Shown piece after piece: positions 58,776 to 64,000 of a stretch of DNA of 64,000 nucleotides; positions within the stretch are counted from its first letter, which is position 1, and each line of letters begins with the position of its first letter. A model generated the notes under the pieces. That model saw nothing but the letters and a program-made list of their open reading frames with translations, searched no databases and had not been told where the DNA came from. Origin of the DNA: Clostridia bacterium (GTDB lineage Bacteria > Bacillota > Clostridia > Christensenellales > CAG-138); NCBI GenBank assembly GCA_036652795.1, contig JAVVVD010000004.1, positions 114,603-178,602 of the forward strand, given 5' to 3'. A program made the translations under genes and the position numbers.

Positions 58776-61757
58776 GTGAGAATAGGGAAACTTCTTTTAG
58801 CGATAATACTCATAGCCGCGCTGGTGGTTGCCGCTGTATTTGTGATCAACAATTATACTGAGGGCGACAAAATCTCAAGCTCAACAATTGAGATAAGCGA
58901 GGTAATGAGCAGCAACAAGGGCGCCGTGCCGGATGGAAAAGGCGGCTATCCAGACTGGATTGAACTGCATAACGCCACAGACAAGGCTGTGAATATTGGC
59001 GGCTACGGCATGTCTGACGATTTGTTTAAGGGCGCAAAGTATGTGTTTCCAGCCGGTACAAGCATACCTGCGGACGGATATATAGTTGTGTTTTGCTCGG
59101 GTGAAAGCTCGGGTCCGTTGTTTGCGCCGTTTAAGCTGGCAGCAACAGATTCCGCGGTGCTGTTTGATACGGCAGGCAAGGCGCTTTGCAGTATGGATTT
59201 GCGCGCGGTGCAGGGCGGCATGTCGCTTGCTAGGGACGAGAGCGGCAGCTATATCGAAAGCAAGCCATCACCCGGCTTTGCCAACACCGATGCGGGTATT
59301 GCCGAGTATGAGGCGACGCTGCACACAACAGAGAATATAGGGGTATATATAAACGAATTCATGGCCTCGAATGCAACAACCGTGCTGGATAAAGACGGCG
59401 TATATTCGGATTGGATAGAGCTTTATAACTCAACAGACGGCGAGGTGGATCTGACGGGCTTTGGAATATCGGATACGCTTAGCCAGCCTGTAAAGGCCAG
59501 TATCCCGGATGGCACTGTGATAGGGCCAAAAAGCTGCCTTTTGATATTCTGCTCGGGCAATAAAAGCGTGGAGGGCGAAGCGGAGCTGCACATCCCATTT
59601 TCGCTTAGGGCATATGAGGAGGACATTGTATTATCGGATAAGATGGGCCGCATAATAGACAGCTATTCATATACGCGCCAGGAATCGGATGTGTCAATGG
59701 CGCGCGTGCCGGATGGCTCAGGTGAATTTGCGCCATCATCCCAGCCAACCCCGGGCTTTTTAAACACCGAGGCGGGCTACCAAGAATTTATAAAAACTGC
59801 GCAGGCGCATGGAGATCTATACATATCAGAGCTGATGGGCGCAAACGCTACGGCGCTTGCAAGCGGCAAGGAGCATTATGATTGGGTGGAGTTGCACAAT
59901 CAGGGCACTTCGCCGATAAGCCTTGCGGGGTACGGCCTTTCGGATAATCCGAATAATCCGGCCAAGTGGGTATTTCCAGATATTACGATGAATGCCGGAG
60001 AGTATCTGGTGCTGTACGCGTCCGGCCTAAACAGGGCGGATGCTCAAAAAAAAAATGATCTCCACCTGAACTTTTCTATAGCTGCATCGGGCGAAACTGT
60101 GTTTTTGTTTGGCACTGACGGAAAGCTTGTGGATAAGCTTTCCGCGGGCGCATTTTTAAACGATATCAGCTATGGCCGTGGCGAGGATGGAAGCAGATAT
60201 TACTACACCGCTTCATCACCGGGCGGTGCGAACGGCGTTGGCAAAGCGGGGATAACAAGCACCGTGGCGTTTTCAAGTGTACCGGGCATATACGATAGCC
60301 AGCTTAGCGTGCAGCTTTTGGCAGCCGATGGAGAAAGCATATATTACACGCTTGATTGCACCCAACCTACGGCAAACTCTACGCCATATACAGGCCCGAT
60401 AAACGTGGATAAAAATACGGTTATACGCGCGGCAGCGATGCGGGATGGCTATATAACGGGTCAGTCAATAAGTGGCACATATCTTTTGCGCAGCGACAAT
60501 GTAAACCATGCGGTGCCTGTGGTTTCACTGGTGATGGAACCGGACGACCTGTGGAACAGCAAAACCGGCATATACGCTATGGGCGATAAATATGATCCCT
60601 CCCTGCCCCTTTATGCGGATTCGCTCATAAGTGCCACGTATTACGAATCAAAGCTGACAGGCGATGAGGCCGCATGGGAACGGCAGGCGTCATTTTCGCT
60701 ATTCGACGAGGGCGGCAAGCAGGTATTTAACCAAAATGTAGGCGCGCGCATAGCCGGCAGCTTTGGGCGTGGACGGGCGCAAAAGGGATTTAATATCATA
60801 GCAAGGGACGAATACGGCGACAACAGGCTGGCCTATCCGTTTTTTGATAACCGCGAATACACCGAGTATAAGGCATTGGTGCTGCGTGCGGGTGGACAGG
60901 ATCAAAACCGCTCAAAGATACGCGATGAGCTTGCGGCCGGTTTGCTGGATGGCGCGGACGTAAATATGCTTGTTCAAGCGTATAGGCCATGCGTACTGTA
61001 TCTAAACGGCGAATACTGGGGCGTGTATTTTATGAAAGAAAAGCGCAATCGCTTTTTTGTGGCGCAGCACGAGGGCACGCTCAACGCGGAGGACATGAAC
61101 ATAGGCTATGCCAGCTCCCGCGTGACATATGGCACAAACGATGAATGGATGGCGCTTACGCAATACATAAACACGAATGATCTTTCCGTGCAGGCCAACT
61201 ATGATTATGTGGCTTCGCAGGTGGATTTAAACAGCTTTATGGATTATATGATCTGCGAGATATACGTAGGCAATACGGATCATGCCAATATCCAGTATTA
61301 TAAATTGCCGGGCGATAAATGGAAATGGATATATTACGATTTCTGTTGGGGCTTCGGCTCTCTCGAGCATAATACCCTTGCTTATCGCAGGGGAGATATG
61401 CCCGCCGCGAGCGGGATGTTCAATGCGCTGCTTAAAAACTCTGCATGGCGCGATGCGTTTGTTAAACGGTTTGCACAGCTGCTTAAGAGTGTGTACTCAC
61501 CAGAGCGCGTAAACGCCAAGATAGATGAGCTGTATGGCTACGTAGAGCCGGAGATCGCGCGCGAGCGCGAGAAGTTCAATCAGGGCACGTTTATGGGCGT
61601 TGCGCAAAGGGCCGAGAATCTAGGCAGCTATAAAAGCTTTATTTCCCAGATAGAGGCGCTGCACAAATATGCAAACGGACGGCCAGCGCAGATAAAATCG
61701 CAACTTAAGACGGAGTTGGGTCTTAGCGATGCATATATAAACGAGGTGTTTGGATGA
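58776..61757 (+). CDS. Membrane-anchored CotH kinase-family protein with three lamin-tail (LTD) domains and a chitobiase/Fn3-associated-type domain
   Basis: GTG start after GGAG and an N-terminal TM helix. There are three LTD-like repeats (ISEVMSSN..YPDWIELHNATDKAVNIGGYGMSDD; INEFMASN..YSDWIELYNSTDGEVDLTGFGISD; ISELMGAN..HYDWVELHNQGTSPISLAGYGLSDN). IYYTLDCTQPTANSTPYTGPI follows. CotH-like blocks are LNGEYWGVYFMKEK and WKWIYYDFCWGFG. Confidence 0.85.
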   Translation: MRIGKLLLAIILIAALVVAAVFVINNYTEGDKISSSTIEISEVMSSNKGAVPDGKGGYPDWIELHNATDKAVNIGGYGMSDDLFKGAKYVFPAGTSIPADGYIVVFCSGESSGPLFAPFKLAATDSAVLFDTAGKALCSMDLRAVQGGMSLARDESGSYIESKPSPGFANTDAGIAEYEATLHTTENIGVYINEFMASNATTVLDKDGVYSDWIELYNSTDGEVDLTGFGISDTLSQPVKASIPDGTVIGPKSCLLIFCSGNKSVEGEAELHIPFSLRAYEEDIVLSDKMGRIIDSYSYTRQESDVSMARVPDGSGEFAPSSQPTPGFLNTEAGYQEFIKTAQAHGDLYISELMGANATALASGKEHYDWVELHNQGTSPISLAGYGLSDNPNNPAKWVFPDITMNAGEYLVLYASGLNRADAQKKNDLHLNFSIAASGETVFLFGTDGKLVDKLSAGAFLNDISYGRGEDGSRYYYTASSPGGANGVGKAGITSTVAFSSVPGIYDSQLSVQLLAADGESIYYTLDCTQPTANSTPYTGPINVDKNTVIRAAAMRDGYITGQSISGTYLLRSDNVNHAVPVVSLVMEPDDLWNSKTGIYAMGDKYDPSLPLYADSLISATYYESKLTGDEAAWERQASFSLFDEGGKQVFNQNVGARIAGSFGRGRAQKGFNIIARDEYGDNRLAYPFFDNREYTEYKALVLRAGGQDQNRSKIRDELAAGLLDGADVNMLVQAYRPCVLYLNGEYWGVYFMKEKRNRFFVAQHEGTLNAEDMNIGYASSRVTYGTNDEWMALTQYINTNDLSVQANYDYVASQVDLNSFMDYMICEIYVGNTDHANIQYYKLPGDKWKWIYYDFCWGFGSLEHNTLAYRRGDMPAASGMFNALLKNSAWRDAFVKRFAQLLKSVYSPERVNAKIDELYGYVEPEIAREREKFNQGTFMGVAQRAENLGSYKSFISQIEALHKYANGRPAQIKSQLKTELGLSDAYINEVFG

Positions 61758-62446
61758 GTAACGGCGAATACCGGCACGAGCTGAAATACTATATTAACCA
61801 GGGCGATTACACGTTGCTTTCAAAAAAGCTATCGCTTACGATGGAGCAGGATAGGTTTGCGCGCAAAAATGGAGGCGAGTACTTTATACGCAGCCTGTAT
61901 TTTGACGATGTTAATGATACGGCCTTTCGCGATAAGCTAAACGGCGTGGATCAGCGTGACAAGGTGCGCATCCGGATATATAATATGACGGATGATACAA
62001 TAAAGCTGGAATGCAAGCATAAGCAAAACGGCTATATACTTAAGGATTCGATTCCGCTTTCGCGCAGGGAATGCGATGCGCTGCTATCAGGCACATACTC
62101 ATTCCTGCTGCAAAGGAAGGAGCCGTTTGCGCATGCGATGTTCGCCAGATTTGCTACAAGCCGGCTGCTGCCATGCGTGATGGTGGACTATACCAGGGAG
62201 GCATATACATTCCCACTTGAGGATGTGCGCGTGACATTCGACAAAAACCTGCATACCGGCTATAGAAGTGTGGCGCTTTTTGATGCGCATGCGCCTACAT
62301 ACCCGGTTATAGATAGGTACGATATGGTGATGGAGGTTAAGTTTAATAAATATCTTTCCACCTATATCCGCTCTTTGATCCAAACCGAAGCGCATACGCG
62401 CAGCGCCATAAGCAAGTACTGCCTGTGCCGCAGGTTTGAACTGTGA
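61754..62446 (+). CDS. VTC-domain (polyphosphate polymerase-like, triphosphate-tunnel/CYTH-type) protein
   Basis: 230 aa containing YRHELKYYI, IRSLYFDD, VRIRIYN and MEVKFN, the beta-strand pattern of VTC/TTM domains. The ATG overlaps the cotH stop (ATGA). Confidence 0.75.
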   Translation: MSNGEYRHELKYYINQGDYTLLSKKLSLTMEQDRFARKNGGEYFIRSLYFDDVNDTAFRDKLNGVDQRDKVRIRIYNMTDDTIKLECKHKQNGYILKDSIPLSRRECDALLSGTYSFLLQRKEPFAHAMFARFATSRLLPCVMVDYTREAYTFPLEDVRVTFDKNLHTGYRSVALFDAHAPTYPVIDRYDMVMEVKFNKYLSTYIRSLIQTEAHTRSAISKYCLCRRFEL

Positions 62447-62493
62447 TACTACGTAATTATAAAGATATAAACACATTCAGGAGGAAACCATAA

Positions 62494-63141
62494 ATGAAAC
62501 TAAGCGACCTTATCTCCATAACACTCAACCCACTACAGGTGCTCCTTACGCTTGTGGTTGCGTTGTTTGTGGGCCTTTTCGTGTATTTCATCTATAAGAA
62601 AACGTTTGGCGGCGTGATGTATTCGCGCAACTTCAACATCAGCCTTGTGATGCTTACGCTGGTTACAAGCATGATGCTGATGCTGATCAACAACAATCTT
62701 ACGCTAAGCCTTGGCATGGTCGGTGCGCTGAGCATAATCCGCTTTAGAACTGCCGTAAAGGATCCCATTGACACCGTGTTCATGTTCTGGGCGGTAGGCG
62801 AGGGCATAGCCATTGGCACGAAATATTACGACGTGGCCGTGATAGCGGGCTTGGGCATAGGCGTTATAATGGTGCTGCTCAATACGTTTAAAAGTAAAGG
62901 CTCAATGCCGTACCTGCTGATCATCCACTATGATGAGGCAGCTTCCGCGCACGTCAAGCAGATGATAAAGCAATTGCCCGGCGCAAGACTAAAGAGCAAG
63001 ACCGCACAGCGCGACGGTATAGAGCTTACGCTTGAGCTGCGTCTGCATGATAGCGAAACGGGCTTTGTGGAAAAATTCCTGCGGGTGGAAGGCGTGTATG
63101 ACGCTACGCTGATTTCGCATCAGGGCGATATCGTGGCATAA
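62494..63141 (+). CDS. DUF4956-family membrane protein
   Basis: Four TM helices, the conserved SLGMVGALSIIRFRTAVKDPIDTVFMFWAVGEGIA block, and a soluble C-terminal domain. AGGAGG RBS. Confidence 0.8.
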   Translation: MKLSDLISITLNPLQVLLTLVVALFVGLFVYFIYKKTFGGVMYSRNFNISLVMLTLVTSMMLMLINNNLTLSLGMVGALSIIRFRTAVKDPIDTVFMFWAVGEGIAIGTKYYDVAVIAGLGIGVIMVLLNTFKSKGSMPYLLIIHYDEAASAHVKQMIKQLPGARLKSKTAQRDGIELTLELRLHDSETGFVEKFLRVEGVYDATLISHQGDIVA

Positions 63142-63150
63142 AAAACAGAC

Positions 63151-63173
63151 AAGGGCGCACGGTGTGCGCCCTT
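63151..63173. terminator. Bidirectional hairpin between the DUF4956 gene and ribU
   Basis: AAGGGCGCAC-ggt-GTGCGCCCTT. Confidence 0.6.
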
Positions 63174-63198
63174 TAAAATATAACAAAATACAGATCGA

Positions 63199-63759
63199 TT
63201 AGCTATTGCCCGTGCGGCGTTTGGGGAAAAGCAGCCGCTCCGTGGCCTTATACAGCATGAAAGTGACCACAGAGTTGATGCCTGCCTTGATTGCGTTAAA
63301 CGGAACTATTATTGGCAGTATCATGGCTTTAACAGCATCCAATTGTAGGCCGTTAAAGTGCACTGTAAAGATGAAGTTAAGTGGAATCATAAGCGCTATC
63401 ATTGTCAAGCTGCCCAGCACAAGGCTGATAATTGCGCCGCGCTTTGTGTGGAAACGCCGGTATATAAAGCCTGCCACAAGCACAAACCCGCCGGTAGCAA
63501 AAAAATGCATCAGCGCGCCTACCCATCCGCTTTGGGGTGATACCAGCAGCCATTGTAGCGCACTTACTACCGCGGTAAGCGCAAGGCCGGCAAATGGACC
63601 AAACATGAACGTGCCTATCAGGATAGGTACATCGGCCATGTCGTATTCGAGATATGGCGCAGCCGGGAATATTGAAAAACGCACCACATACATCAATATT
63701 AGGGCTACGGCTGCAAGCATCGCCTGCTTGACAAGTATAAGTACTTTTTCGTTACGCAT
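63199..63759 (-). CDS. ribU: ECF-type riboflavin transporter S-component (RibU-like)
   Basis: 186-aa protein with about 5-6 TM helices, directly downstream of an FMN riboswitch. Confidence 0.8.
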   Translation of the reverse strand: MRNEKVLILVKQAMLAAVALILMYVVRFSIFPAAPYLEYDMADVPILIGTFMFGPFAGLALTAVVSALQWLLVSPQSGWVGALMHFFATGGFVLVAGFIYRRFHTKRGAIISLVLGSLTMIALMIPLNFIFTVHFNGLQLDAVKAMILPIIVPFNAIKAGINSVVTFMLYKATERLLFPKRRTGNS

Positions 63760-63781
63760 AGATTATGTTACAACTCCTTTA

Positions 63782-63976
63782 TAAAAAATACCCCCCTGAA
63801 AATATACAGGGGGGTAAAAACGATTAAAATAGGCTTCTTTCGTCCGGACTATACCGTCGGCGTTGGAATATCGGAGCCTTTTGCTCCCACCAAACTCAGC
63901 CGCGGTTAAGCGGCTCGCGGGCTCGTCGGACGTCATCCGCTTTACCGCCGGTGTGGAATTTCACCACCCCCCGAAG
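63782..63976 (-). promoter_or_regulatory. FMN (RFN) riboswitch with terminator expression platform
   Basis: The minus strand reads CTTCGGGGGGTGGTGAAATTCCACACCGGCGGTAAAGC...CCCGCGAGC...GTTTGGTGGGAGC...GATATTCCAACGCCGACGGTATAGTCCGGACGAAAGAAG. The terminator CCCCCCTG-tatatttt-CAGGGGGG plus TATTTTTTA follows at 63782-63814. A TATAAT lies at 63984-63989 on the minus strand. Confidence 0.9.
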
Positions 63977-64000
63977 CTACGTTATTATAGCTCAAGCATT

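Overview
The window looks like the chromosomal replication-origin region of a Firmicute, probably a Clostridia-class organism. Background GC is roughly 50-60% by eye. The origin core is intact. rpmH, rnpA, yidD, yidC, jag, mnmE, mnmG, rsmG and a ParB/Noc-like gene lie on the minus strand left of oriC. dnaA, dnaN, recF, gyrB and gyrA lie on the plus strand to the right. DnaA-box clusters sit both upstream of dnaA and between dnaA and dnaN. soj-spo0J (parAB) lies about 15 kb further left, next to two inverted near-consensus parS sites. The rest is mostly housekeeping: sdaAB/AA, murA, murG, typA, cysS, gcvT-H-PA-PB, an M32 carboxypeptidase, proBA and cca. There are two riboswitch-controlled ECF S-components, TPP-thiT and FMN-ribU. 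The less ordinary content is: (1) a CotH-like kinase / VTC-domain / DUF4956 operon at 58.8-63.1 kb, which is my best candidate for an uncharacterised system; (2) a selenium/molybdenum-cofactor trait island at 13.5-19.3 kb (yedE, TusA-like, DUF3343, an EF2568-type desulfurase, selD, yqeB, yqeC and a ModE-like regulator) with no target hydroxylase in view; (3) an ORF fusing two complete RluA pseudouridine-synthase cores; (4) a secreted protein with four SH3b-like repeats and a sortase-B-like domain that seems to lack the catalytic Arg; (5) a HEAT/THUMP-like methyltransferase translationally coupled to murG. I saw no rRNA, tRNA, CRISPR array, transposase, integrase or obvious defence system. All family calls come from motif recognition by eye, with no database search.
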